The translations under genes were made by a program, and so were the position numbers. A stretch of 64,000 nucleotides of DNA from Antedon mediterranea (taxonomy: Eukaryota > Animalia > Echinodermata). Below are positions 1 through 12,300 of the stretch, in pieces (the stretch's first letter is position 1; each line of letters begins with the position of its first letter). Under the pieces are notes generated by a model, which had not been told where the DNA came from, ran no database searches, and saw nothing but the letters and a program-made list of their open reading frames with translations. The DNA lies in contig NC_092670.1 in assembly GCF_964355755.1 (NCBI RefSeq), forward strand, positions 34,212,388 through 34,276,387, in the 5' to 3' direction.

Positions 1-504
1 TAAGTCTATCAATAGATGTCTTGTAATTATTAGCCCAAACAATATTGCAATAATTTAGGTAGGGCAAAATAAGAGAACAATATAATAAACGCAAAATTGT
101 TAAAGGGATATAGTGAGAAAGCCTATAGATAATTCCTATATTTTTTGAAACCTTCGAAGCAACCGAATCAATATGACATTTCCATGTTAATTTAGAGTCA
201 AGGAAAACTCCAAGAAACTGGACGGTATCAGTGAGCGGAATATTAATATTATTTAACAAAATTAAGTTATTTCCAAGAATGAAGGATTTGTTAGGACTGT
301 GAAAAATAATAGCACTGCATTTTTTAAAGTTTACCGAAAGTTTATTAGCTAAAAAATATTTTAAAACAGACTTAAGTTCGTTGTTAACAACATCAAATAG
401 TGTATTAATGTCACTATGCGAATATAAAATAGTGGTGTCATCAGCATATAAGAAAGACGAGAGAATGGAAGAATTATAAAAATCATTAATATAAATTATG
501 AATA
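1..504 (-). mobile_element. Non-LTR retrotransposon (LINE) reverse transcriptase fragment, 5'-truncated, running off the window edge
   Basis: Reverse complement from ~504 reads LFIIYINDFYNSSILSSFLYADDTT (RT YADD motif), followed by degenerate RT-like coding sequence. Confidence 0.8.
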
Positions 505-628
505 ATTTCATAATTTCACTGTCAAGGGGTGGAGGATGTGGTATGGGTCAGATTTGCATCTATCCCCCCTGTAATATTGAACACTTAGGCCTACTACTCG
601 TTCTTGTTTACAAAATATAAAGGACAAT

Positions 629-1357
629 ACTGTGTACTTTTGCATCTTATCGGAGTGAAAGTTTCTTTAAACGACCAAAAAAGAAAAAATCAAAAACAAA
701 AATTGTATATTATTACTGTAGTTTAGTGTAGGCGATACTAGAACAATTCTTATAGAGTGGTCTCAATATTCCACAAAGAAATCCCGTCAACCTGAGAAGT
801 ATACTCCGGAGTACAAGATGAACAGTAAGTCTACTGTTGTTAAGGAAAATACAGTATTTTGAAGGTGAAATGGATAGGCCCCTAACAATGTGCATTGTTT
901 GCCGATGACACGATAATTTATAGAAATATATTTACTGTAGACGATGAAGTTGTTCTTCAGTGCGATCTGATCAGGCTTTCCTCTTGGTGTGATCTAAATG
1001 AAATGGAGCTTAACTTAAATAAAACCAAGGTTCTCCACATTACAAGATCAAGGAAAGAGTATAGACCTGTTTATCGTATAAATGACTTGCCTATTAAATC
1101 CGTATCTAGTCATTGTCATCTGGGGGTCACGATTAATAGTGAACTTACTTGGGATGACCATGTAAACTTAATTATTTCTCGTTCAAATCGAATGTTGGGT
1201 TTTATTACTAGTATTGCAGGAGGATCATCATCACTGTGTACTTTTGCATCTTATCGGAGTGAAAGTTTCTTTAAACGACCAAAAAAGAAAAAATCAAAAA
1301 CAAAAATTGTATATTATTACTGTAGTTTAGTGTAGGCGATACTAGAACAATTCTTAT
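629..1357. repeat. 125-bp exact direct repeat (629-753 and 1233-1357)
   Basis: actgtgtacttttgcatc...gaacaattcttat occurs twice; the second copy interrupts the LINE ORF. Confidence 0.95.
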
Positions 1358-2093
1358 TGTTAATATTCAGCTATTTTCTCACTCTATAAAGCTCTCATTG
1401 TCCCCATCCTTGAATATGGTGTCCCAGCGTGGTTGCCTCGAACCAAAAAACTTACAGAACGTATCGAGGCAGTCCAGCGAAGGGCTACTAGGCTTGTCCT
1501 TAAACAAACAAGAGGTGAAATGGAATACGAGGAACGTCTCACTAAGCTAAATTGGCCTACACTATCTAATCGAAGAAATTATCTTCTGTTATCCTTTGTT
1601 TGTAAATCACTTATTGGAACGGTTGATTGTAGTAGTGTTCGTCAATCTTTAGTTGTTAATGGCCGTCACCTTGATACACTTAAGTTCATTCATCACTATG
1701 CTCGAACCAATTGTCTTCATCATTCCGCTATTAATATATTCCCTAGGTTGTGGGAAGAATTACCGGAAATGATTAAAAATTCTTTAATTTTAGACAGTTT
1801 TCAAATATTTTTAAATTCACTTAAATCACATGTTTTATATTGACTTTGTTGAATCGACTATTATGTATTTTATCCGTTTATTTTATATTGACACTGTTGA
1901 TTCGTCTATTTGTTTTTTAAATATTTTTATATAGTTTATTTTATATCATTGTTGTTACTTTGGGAGTACGGAACCTGAACTCTTGTTATAGTGATTAGGT
2001 TCACTTTTAGGTTCCTGCCTACTCCCTTAGTTTCTGTGTTTTGTTTGTTTGTAACTGGTTTTTTTGGCAATAAATAATAATAATAATAATAAT
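893..2093 (+). mobile_element. CR1/L2-like LINE, 5'-truncated (RT C-terminus, 3' UTR stem-loop, (TAA)n tail), disrupted by an internal insertion
   Basis: ORFs 895-1335 (FADDT, HLGV, WDDHV) and 1433-1843 (IEAVQRRATR). 3' hairpin gggagta/ggaacct...aggttcc/tactccc at 1962-2026. (TAA)n tail at ~2069-2093. Confidence 0.88.
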
Positions 2094-2415
2094 GGGGCAC
2101 AATTCTATCTTGAGCGGTTTTATTACGGACTCGAATGCAAGCCTCATTTTCTCCATGTGTTTTGGGTAATGAGTGAACACATCTACAGATTTAACGTATT
2201 GACTGTCTATAATTTATAATATGCCAAAGAAATTTCCCACCCCAGCCGCGCCCCATCCATGCCGCCAAACAAAGGACGAGTGTTGGAAAAAGTTTCTTTT
2301 CGTAGAGGGCGTCAACAAAATCGACTATCCCCACGGCCGCCGGCCCGCCACCGGGCAGCAGGAGGCCAGCCCGCTAAAATCAAAACAGTTAACCACGCAA
2401 TGTTAAACTCAATTT

Positions 2416-2940
2416 AGGCCTGGGCCTAGAAATACTGTAGCCCATCATATTAATATCGTTAATACACTAATAAATTTGTCTAGCCATAAGCTTTTAGGCC
2501 TAGCTAATTAGGTGGTGACACATACCAAGGCCTTTAGTAGGCTAGCTAGGCCAGGGTAGGGAGGCCTAGGCCTAGCCTAGCTAGGCCTAGGCCTAGCTTA
2601 GTAGTTAGGCCTAGTAGCCTAGTAGAGTAGGCCTAGGCCTAGTTTAGAGTGGCCTGCCCTCGGGCCTATACTATATTATGCCTACTTTTACCACTATCTA
2701 TCTTATTAGGTCTAACCTCTATGCCCCTAGCTAGTGTGGAGGTTTAGCCTAGAGGAAGAGGGCTTAGCCTAGATAGATAGGCCAAGACATCGGCTAGGCT
2801 AGGCCTACTAGTACTACTACTAGCTAGGCCTATTTTGTATTCTAATTTCTAAAATTGTGGGTCCATGTGGCTGGGTGGGATAAAATAAAGAAGGGAGGGA
2901 AAACTGTCTTTTTATTATTTAGGGGCTAGCTAGGCCTACA
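2416..2940. repeat. TAGGCCTA/CTAG-rich low-complexity tract next to a CpG-rich patch (2238-2375)
   Basis: Dense overlapping aggcct/ctag/tagcct motifs without a fixed period. Confidence 0.85.
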
Positions 2941-3316
2941 TAGGGTGGTTCCCACTAGGATGCATCGTAAGGACGTATATGCAATATCCAAAGTAATTTG
3001 ACCAATCACAAGTGACAGTTTGAACGATTTGTGTGATTGACTAACCAACTTATGTCCTTATGTTGTGACCATAATGAGAATCAGGCTTAGCGGTGACAAT
3101 AGGGAGCTTTTGATTTTATGACTCACAACTTTTTAGGTGAGGTTACATGGGGAGTGATAAAACAAGTCCCAATATCCCTGAATACGCACAGTGAACCTGA
3201 CATGCTGCTCATTGGTCATTGCAAATCAAATGCTCCCTATTATCCTTTTCAGTATTGTCATATTAATGAACTAAACCAAACATACATTGAATTACATATT
3301 ACATATATTTTTTTAG

Positions 3317-6300
3317 CAATTCCACCAGTGTCCGAAGGTCCTTGCGTTTCACGTCCATGCTTGAATGGCGCCACCTGTAGTCCAGTACCTGTATCAGGTG
3401 CCGACAACCTAGTTAATAACTATGTGTGTATCTGTGCGGTTGGTTTTGTAGGCACTAATTGCCAAATAATTATTGAACTGGAGCAAGAAACAAACATCAA
3501 ACAAACAAACATCAAACAAACAAACAAACAAGGTATGTTGTTTTCAAAGAATTTAATCCAGCTTATAATTTTTATGGATGACAAAGTTATTAATGTTGAC
3601 CTTTTTTCTGAAATTCGTGGGTTTATTTAATTCGTATTATTATTCGTATTATGCGAAAATTATTCTAATGTCTAGATATATTTACTTTTTTCTAGAAAAT
3701 TGTGCCGTATTGCCTCTTGGGATACCACACGGTGACGTGGCTGGTTCAACGAAACATAATGAGTACATAACATATACATGCTCAGAAGGCTTTACTCTAG
3801 TTGGAAATCGTCAACGAAAGTGCGTAGACGGTGTGTATGAGGGAAGCACACCCTCATGCCATCGTATGTATTATTTTTATTTTATTTCATAACATTTATT
3901 TACAAACTCTGACAAAAAAGGAAAAAAAACAATGCAAGAAGATAATGATAGTCAGAGATTGAAGGCAGATGCCTAGAAGATGAAGGAAACATCTAGTGAT
4001 GTTCCTTAAAAAATGTACATTTTTATTGTTATTTTAAACTGTTTATCCTGTATTTATAAAGCACCTAATGTTGTGAAACCTCTAAGCACTGAACTTACAA
4101 ACTGAGAGAAAAACAAAAGAAGCCAAACCTCGTCGCTAACCAGAGTTTATCAGCCTAAATTGAACCCATGGGACCTCATCCCAGACATCAATAGAGATTT
4201 TTTATATATAAAATATTAATCATGTATTGTTTGTTTATGGTCATATTTGTATTTACTGATATGGACAGAGTATCTAAAATATATATAAACATCAGTAGAT
4301 ACATTTATTATTTATTTTTAGTTAACTGTGACCCACTTTATATTCAAAATGGCGTCGTCGACGGTGACTTCCGTCATGGAACAGAAGTATACGTTGTTTG
4401 TAAAGAGAATTTTGTGTATAAAGGAAGTCCGGTTATACGTTGCATGGATGGGTCTTACAATTTTGATGATATGCCAGTATGTAAAGGTTAGTGAGCATTA
4501 TTACTTTTAAGCACCATTATAGACACGATGACATCATATCATACTTTCAATCACTGTCTCAACCAGGTCACTCATTTGTCTTAAAATTGTACAATCATAA
4601 AAACTTAATAAAAATTTTATAGTTTACAAGTGCGAGTTTAGACATAGCACTCTTGTATTGTCATTGAGACTGAACAGGCATATTCACCACCGTGTGTGGC
4701 CTTTCTTTTGTTGACCTTTTTCCTGAAATTCGTGGGTTTATTCATTTTGTATTATTATTGGTATTATGAATTAATAGACGCATATAACTTTACAATAAAA
4801 TTAAATGACAAAAAACAAGAAGATCGACGTTTCGGAACCATCATGGAACCATTTTCAAGATCAAAGTGATCAAATTATACAAAAACAACAAACACCAATA
4901 GGTGACAGGAAATACTAATTGATTGGTTAATTAACATCAAAGAAAGCCTACAATACTAAGAAATTAAGCCCCTCTTTGACTGATTTCGATCCAAGTCGGC
5001 CCTAAACCGTCTAGGCCAAAGTCAAGTCGGCCCCAAGTCAAGTCGGCCCCAAGTCAACTCGGCCTCAAGTCAACTCGGCCTCAAGTCAACTCGGCCTCAC
5101 GTCAACTTGGCCAAAAAATAATCGGTCAACTCGGCCCCGTTAAAGTATGGAATGCAAAAGGTGCAAAGGAAGGGGATTGATAAAATAATATTTATTCACA
5201 TTTTATTACCTATGAATAATTCTGACTTTTAATGAATATTAATATTTAGACAATAATACTTTTAGCAAAAAAAAAAAGAAGGATTTCACAAATTTTTCTT
5301 TATTTACGTTTAATAAAATTTCAAATTGCACAAATTGTTCTGAAATTGCGCATAACAAAAAATTGATTAATAAGCTAGCATTCATACTATTATTAATTAT
5401 TAAAATATGAACATTTGGATAATAAATAGGAACACATTGTAGGCATACACCCAATATGATGATGCACGTACGTGGGCGCGTATGGTCGTTCGTGCGTCAA
5501 AATTCAATAAACATGTCCGATATGCGAGGACATATATTAGGTGTAATAAGATTGTTTGGTTGTTGAATCATTGAGGTATTAATTAATGTTAACTCTATGG
5601 TAGAATCGCGCGTAGATTTCTTCAGTGTATGCATTTGATTAGGCGACAACATCTGAAACCAATTCGTAGCTGCGCCTCCCTGTGCCTTTGGCAGCTATTT
5701 TGATATCTACAACTGCTACGTGTTTTCGCTGACCGGGGATTCCCCTTTTTTAAAAACGCAAATCATGGACAAAAACGATATGTACAGTACGATCATTTTT
5801 CTATGGCCAAATAGTGGAACCATGGAGCTATAATAGCTCCATGATGGTCTTCGATTTACTAAAATGTGGTACCTGTTACTGCACGTGTTTTTGTAAAACG
5901 CGGGTACTTCCATTTATATCGGCAATGATATCATTTTTTTATTTTCTTATTTCTTAATTTTTTTTAAAGAGTGGATAATAATAATCATAATAATATTAAG
6001 CACTTTTTGCGTTCCATACTTTATTGTGGCCGAGTTGACCGATTAGTTTTTGGCCGAGTTGACGCGAGGCCGAGTTGACTTGGGGCCGACTTGACGTGGG
6101 GCCGACTTGACTTTGGCCGAGACGGTTTGGGGCCGACTTGACCTGCACCCCTTTGACTGAATCGGTTTGTTTATTAAGTGTAGGTTTCAGTTGTTTGATG
6201 ATCCAAAGCATTTCCTTAATTAAACAATCAAATTTGGATTTGCACTTAGACAATATCCTGAAATGATTAAAAGTTTCAATAGGACTTACTGTATATTATG

Positions 6301-9300
6301 TTGCTTTAAATGCTCTCCTATGGTGCCTTTACTGTGTTCATCAATACATTGATAAAGGTGCTGACAAGTATAGCCGACATAGTTTGCATCGCACAAACCA
6401 CATTGAAATTTATATACAACGCATTGCTGATTTACAATCATATAGGTTTTCTTTTCTTAGATTTAAGAATTTCACCTAACTTTCTACTAGTAAAAACTAG
6501 CATAATATTATTGTACCTTGCAACTAAGTTGTTTGAGTTGTTTTGTCACAGTATTAGAGCAGGTTTGATCCTTAAAAGGAAGAACAATTCTAATTATAGG
6601 CTGTTCAGCACTATCTTGACTAGTAGTAATATGGTTATCATTGTTATGAAGATTAACAATAGATTCTTTAAAATATTTAATTATCCTACTAGTTAGTTCA
6701 ACAGGATACCTTAATTTGTTAAACATCTTAGAAATTTCTTGAACTTCTTCAAGAAAGTTGTCATTAGTAGATGACAACTTGTATGCTCGATTAAGCATTG
6801 TATGTACAAGATTTTTCTTATGTTTGTTTATCGACATGGCTATCGTAATGCAGAAGAAGTCCCTTGTTTGTAGGTTTCCTATACACTTTAGTTACTAATA
6901 AACTATCAGACATTTTGGAAATGACCATTCCTAAGAAATTTATAGAGTTATTATGAGCAATTTCCATTGTGAAGTCAATCGCAATGTGTGTGTTATTTAA
7001 AGTGTCCAGAAACTTGTGTGCAGAGTCCTGGTCCGGCATGAAAACAAAGGTATCTTCAACATATCGTCAGTAGAATGCTGGCATCTTATTAGATGACTGT
7101 AGGATGTTTTCCACGTTACACATAAACACGTTGGCCATTAGTGGACCAAGCAGAGAACCCATGGCTACATCGTCGACTTGCTCGAATAAGTCACCATCAT
7201 ATTGAAAAAGTTTTATGCGAAAAGTATTCTAATGTCTAGATATATTTACTTTTTTCTAGAAAATTGTGTATTGCCTCTTGGGATACCACACGGTGACGTG
7301 GCTGGTTCAACGAAACATAATGAGTACATAACATATACATGCTCAGAAGGCTTTACTCTAGTTGGAAATCGTCAACGAAAGTGCGTAGGTGGTGTGTATG
7401 GAGGAAGCACACCCTCATGCCATCGTATGTATTATTTTTATTTTATTTCATAACATTTATTTACAAACTCTGACAAAAAAGAAAAAAAAACAATGCAAGA
7501 AGATAATGATAGTCAGAGATTGAAGGCAGATGCCTAGAAGATGAAGGAATCATCTTGTGAAGGGCTAGCCTTAAAAAAATGTACATTTTTATTGTTATTT
7601 TAAACTGTTTATCCTGTATTTATAAAGCACCTAATGTTGTGAAACCTCTAAGCACTGAACTTACAAACTGAGAGAAAAACAAAAGAAGCCAAACCTCGTC
7701 GCTAACCAGAGTTTATCAGCCTAAATTGAACACATGGGACCTCATCTCAGACATCAATAGATTTTTTATATATAAAATATTAATCTTGTATTGTTTGTTT
7801 ATGGTCATATTTGTATTGTTTACTGATATGGACAGAGTATCTAAAATAAATATAAACATCATTAGATACATTTATTTTTAGTTAACTGTGACCCACTTTA
7901 TATTCAAAATGGCGTTGTCAACGGTGACTTCCGTCATGGAACAAACGTATTTGTTGCTTGTGAAGAGAATTTTGTGTATGAAGGAAGTCCGATTATACAT
8001 TGCATGGATGGGTCTTATAATTTTGATGATATGCCAGTATGTAAAGGTTAGTGAGCATTATTACTTTTAAGATCTGTCTCACACTTTACGTGACAAAACT
8101 GTGATGCGACCATATATAGACATGATGACATCATATCACATATTCAATCATTGTCTCAACCAGGTCACTCATTTGTCTTAAAATTGTACAATCATAAAGA
8201 CATTTGCGAGGAAGGACATTTTATAGTTTACAATTGCGAGTTTAGACATACCACTCTCGTATTGTATGAGGTCAATATATCCTTTGACCTATGATTTGTT
8301 AAATTCTATAACTCAGAGAAAGTATTTGAAGTGTAATGCCGATTTTCGCACCAATCAATTTCCGAAAAAAAAATCATGCTACCCTTCCACAAATTGATGG
8401 CAATTTTTATGTTCATCGCATGTCTGCTAATCTTTTCGATTCGCATGAGTGCTCATAATGCTCATCATACCTTTGCAAAAACTGGAAACAAATTCATTGA
8501 TACCAATTTTGCTGAAGCGAAAAACCCAAGGAACTAGAATTCGTTGCAGAGAGGGATTTGGATGATGGAAACAGGATACCTATTTTTCTAGTGAAAAATA
8601 AGCTTGATTGTTGATCTACGCCTCTATGTTTTCTGATATTTTTGCACCGCCATGAGCAATGACTGTTCGAATAGCGCTATAAAAATTGGACAGGACAGAA
8701 ATGTAAATTTACCTCTACCGATACAACATTCTCAATGCATATTCTCAGCAAATATTTATACAATACTGTATAAAATATTCATTTTCATTCAAATTGAGTA
8801 TTAAACAGTGGTTCCTATAACTAGGTGTCACTGGCTTCTTTGCATCTTCTTTACAAATATATTAGTTCTTTCACTCATGAACCAGTAAAAACAATTAAGA
8901 ACTATCTTAATAATTCAGGAGATTAATTTTGTGTTCATTTATTAAATGATGATGATAAAATATGTATGACTTTTCGTAATTTTATTAATTATTTGTAAAT
9001 ATACAAATTCATATTTTCAACATATGCAGCTGCAATCTAAGTAGCATATAAAAAATAATACTGTAAAATATGAATGAAAGACACAGCTTTCGCAGAATCT
9101 AAATCGTCTCTCTTAACGAGGTTTTTCAAAACATTAGATGAACAATATTCATTGACTGATAATATTATAATAAATATATATCTGAGTCATAGAGTTTCAA
9201 AAACGGTAAAAGGTAATCAAGTTCCATTTTAAAAGATAATGAAATGGTACAACTTTTTTTTACATGCAAGTTAATAACCCGTGGGGATTGAACTTTCGCA

Positions 9301-12300
9301 CATCAGCTCCAGTGATTATAAGCACTCAATGGCTAAACCAGGGCCCAAGAGCATGAGCAGCCCCTATACAACTACCGTTGGCAGGGCCGTAGCCAGGATC
9401 TGTCAAGGGGGGGTTCGGACACTAAGTATTAAGTATTTGGGTCACCCCCCCCTCCTGGGGGTGGGGCCTGAGGCGAAGCGAATTTTGTTAAATGACACCC
9501 CTAGATGGCCGGAAAAGACACTCATGCAGCATGCTACCAATGAGCAAAACGATCGTACTTGGACTCGTGGACTATTTAAAGCTTGGTTCCCACTAGCGAC
9601 GCAACGTAACAAATGCCCTTCCAATAATTGTGTTTTCCCCCACCTGCGTGAAATTAAACCTACAACGTTTGCAGTATTATTGCGTCGACGGTTCTCACTT
9701 TTGTGATTACGTAATACAGCACTTTGCATCGATACCTCGCTGTGTTGCATTCTAGTGGTATGCTAGATGCGCGTTCTCTGTGCGGAACCGCCGATTGTTT
9801 GATAATTCAGTCGGTATTTTGTTTTGCATTCAAGTTCAACGTACGTCTGGGTGAAAGCAAATGCAATTCATATTATAGCTCTATCTATAATATTTATTGA
9901 CAGCAATTTGTTGAGGAAATTAAATGTGCCAATGTAAATAGATGATATTGATACAGTTTTGAGTACGTATCGGCTGGTGGTGGTCTAGAAAAAAATAATC
10001 GGATGCCATAATGTACATAAACTACAGTACATGATATCATAGATATTATAGTGTAATATATTAATATTCACTATAATCCTCTATGATGATGATACATTAT
10101 ACTCATAGCCACACATAAATACTAATGTACGTTGGAAGGCTATATACTTTATGCATGCTGATCGACTACCAGTGATCTAAACAATAGGTACGCAGTTGTC
10201 GGGCGGTGTCCTTTGTACGAATCGTTCGTGCCCCAGCTCGCTCTGAGACGCGTTACATGTTACATATGCAGGAACCAAACATTTATTTTTCAGGTTATAT
10301 TTGGCAATTCATTTGCAACTCTTAGAAATTTACAGACACGTATCGCTCGAAGTACGCTCATACAGGGAAGAAGGTACTGTGTGAGTTATTCACAAACGAG
10401 TTTACGAATTTTTCAATTTACAAACAACCTTTTGTACTGTGGGGCACGTATTTAAAGGATTTTCGGAGATGAGGGTGAGGTATTGGGCATGTCGGGGATG
10501 GGGGTTCGCAGTCGGTTAAGGGGGGGTTTGCTGTAAAGGGGGGGTTTGCCCGAACCATAAAAACCCCCATTGGCTACGGGCCTGGTTGGAGTGCTAAAAC
10601 AGGACCTTTTCTTCTTGCGTTACGCCACTGATAAATTTTGTAGCCTATAAAACAGAAGTAAATAAACCTAACTAGATTTAATTCGTCACTATGACAAATT
10701 ATAGGTTATATGCATTGATTTAAATAAAGATAATTGATTTTTAAAAGATATATTGATTGATTGATTTTCTCAGAATCTTTAATTATTTATAATATAAGAT
10801 AGGACCTTGCTAACGCGAACACAATAGCCGCTATCACAATCCGATCAAAGATCCATATGCGTATAATGTCATAAACCACATTTGTTGTTACATAATAATA
10901 AAGACATAAGTTACTTTTTATCTAGATTTCATTATAAATCATGTGTATAATCTATACACAAAGAAATAAATTTGAACAAACAATACGGATAATAAAAAAC
11001 AAAATCTTATTTCGTTTCCCAAGGTGAGACTCGATCTCGGTACCTTGAATGCCATAGACACGAGCACAGACCATCGAGCCATACACAACTGACTAAAAGT
11101 TGTAGAAAAATTCCTCCGTGTATTTACTATGCAGTAACCACTTTGGTGCAGATAGATTATTACATACCGCAATGAATTATACTTTTTTACTATGATGACA
11201 TCTTTAAAAATGTAAAAAAATGATGCACTGTCAAACTATATACTTTTAACTTTAATATATGAACTTCTTAAGAAAGAAAGTTAATGTTAAGTTTGTTATT
11301 TCGGCCTAAGAAAATGTCATAATTTGTTTGATTGTCGAAATTATTATTTTTTAATTTAATATGCAATTAATGAAGACTTAATCAACTTTTGTTCTCTTAA
11401 TTTGATAATAAATCATACATATGATACATACACTTCAAGAAAATGAAATAAAAAATAGGTGTTCCCCAGCATTCTGACGATATATATTAATTTTAAAAAT
11501 TAGCATATTTTCACCATTTTGTTAACTTATACGTGCGTAGCCTGTCACTTTTGACGTGCTCGTATAACGCAATTTCGAGTTGAAAAGTGAATCAAAAATG
11601 ATGATATTATTAAAGAAAGACTGTAAAACAGAAATCAGGCAAAAGAAGTGCGCATTAACGTTTAACGCGCAGTGCGCGTGCAAAAATCAGCGCACTCAAG
11701 GCAATTTTTTAAACGCCTAAAATTGCCTGAAACGTACTCTAATTTCATCGAAAATAAATTTTAACAATTTTGAACATTTTAAGCGCGCGTACGCAAGCGT
11801 TATATGCGCTACGCACGTAATTGTATTGCCATATGATGAAATATGACCTGACATTTATGAGTACCAAATTTTGTTTAATTGTGATTCATGCTTGTGAAGA
11901 TATGATTACAAACTTGATTTCGTTAAATCGCGCGTAGACCGCGTAATGATTGATTGCGCACCGTGAAAACATAACCACATCGATTCCTGGCCATAAGGAA
12001 TATACTCTGAAAAATTGACTTAGCTAGATTAAACTGATGCCAAGATAATTCACAGACAAAATAGTGCTAAGGAAAGAATAAATAAATAAATAAATAAATA
12101 AAGATCCTGACAGAATCAAGAGGTTATATGCATTAATGCATATAACCTAATAATTAAAAGAGATTACTGATAATCATTAATTTGTTTTACCTAATTATTC
12201 TACTAAAAAAAACTCTATGATTTAAATATATATTTATTATATTATTTAAGATGTGAATCCTTGTGTAAGTTCCCCTTGTTTGAACGGAGCTACCTGTCGC

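Larger units (their letters stand above)
4769..7211 (-). mobile_element. Penelope-like retroelement (RT + GIY-YIG endonuclease), 5'-truncated and degenerate
   Basis: Minus strand reads [68 protein letters not shown], with stops and frameshifts. Hammerhead-like motif in the 3' part. Confidence 0.9.
3594..8262 (+). repeat. Tandem duplication of a ~1.1-kb unit containing two sushi exons (copy 1 ~3594-4665; copy 2 starts ~4709, is interrupted by Penelope, resumes ~7212-8262)
   Basis: Near-identical exon and intron sequence; 'tgttgaccttttt..gaaattcgtgggttta' marks both unit starts. Confidence 0.9.

Noticed and set aside
4992-5140. Short repeats resembling a CRISPR array
   Set aside because: No unique spacers; they are tandem units of a transposon TIR mirrored at ~6005-6150 in eukaryotic DNA.
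6310-6696. 128-aa plus-strand ORF
   Set aside because: Antisense shadow of the Penelope ORF.
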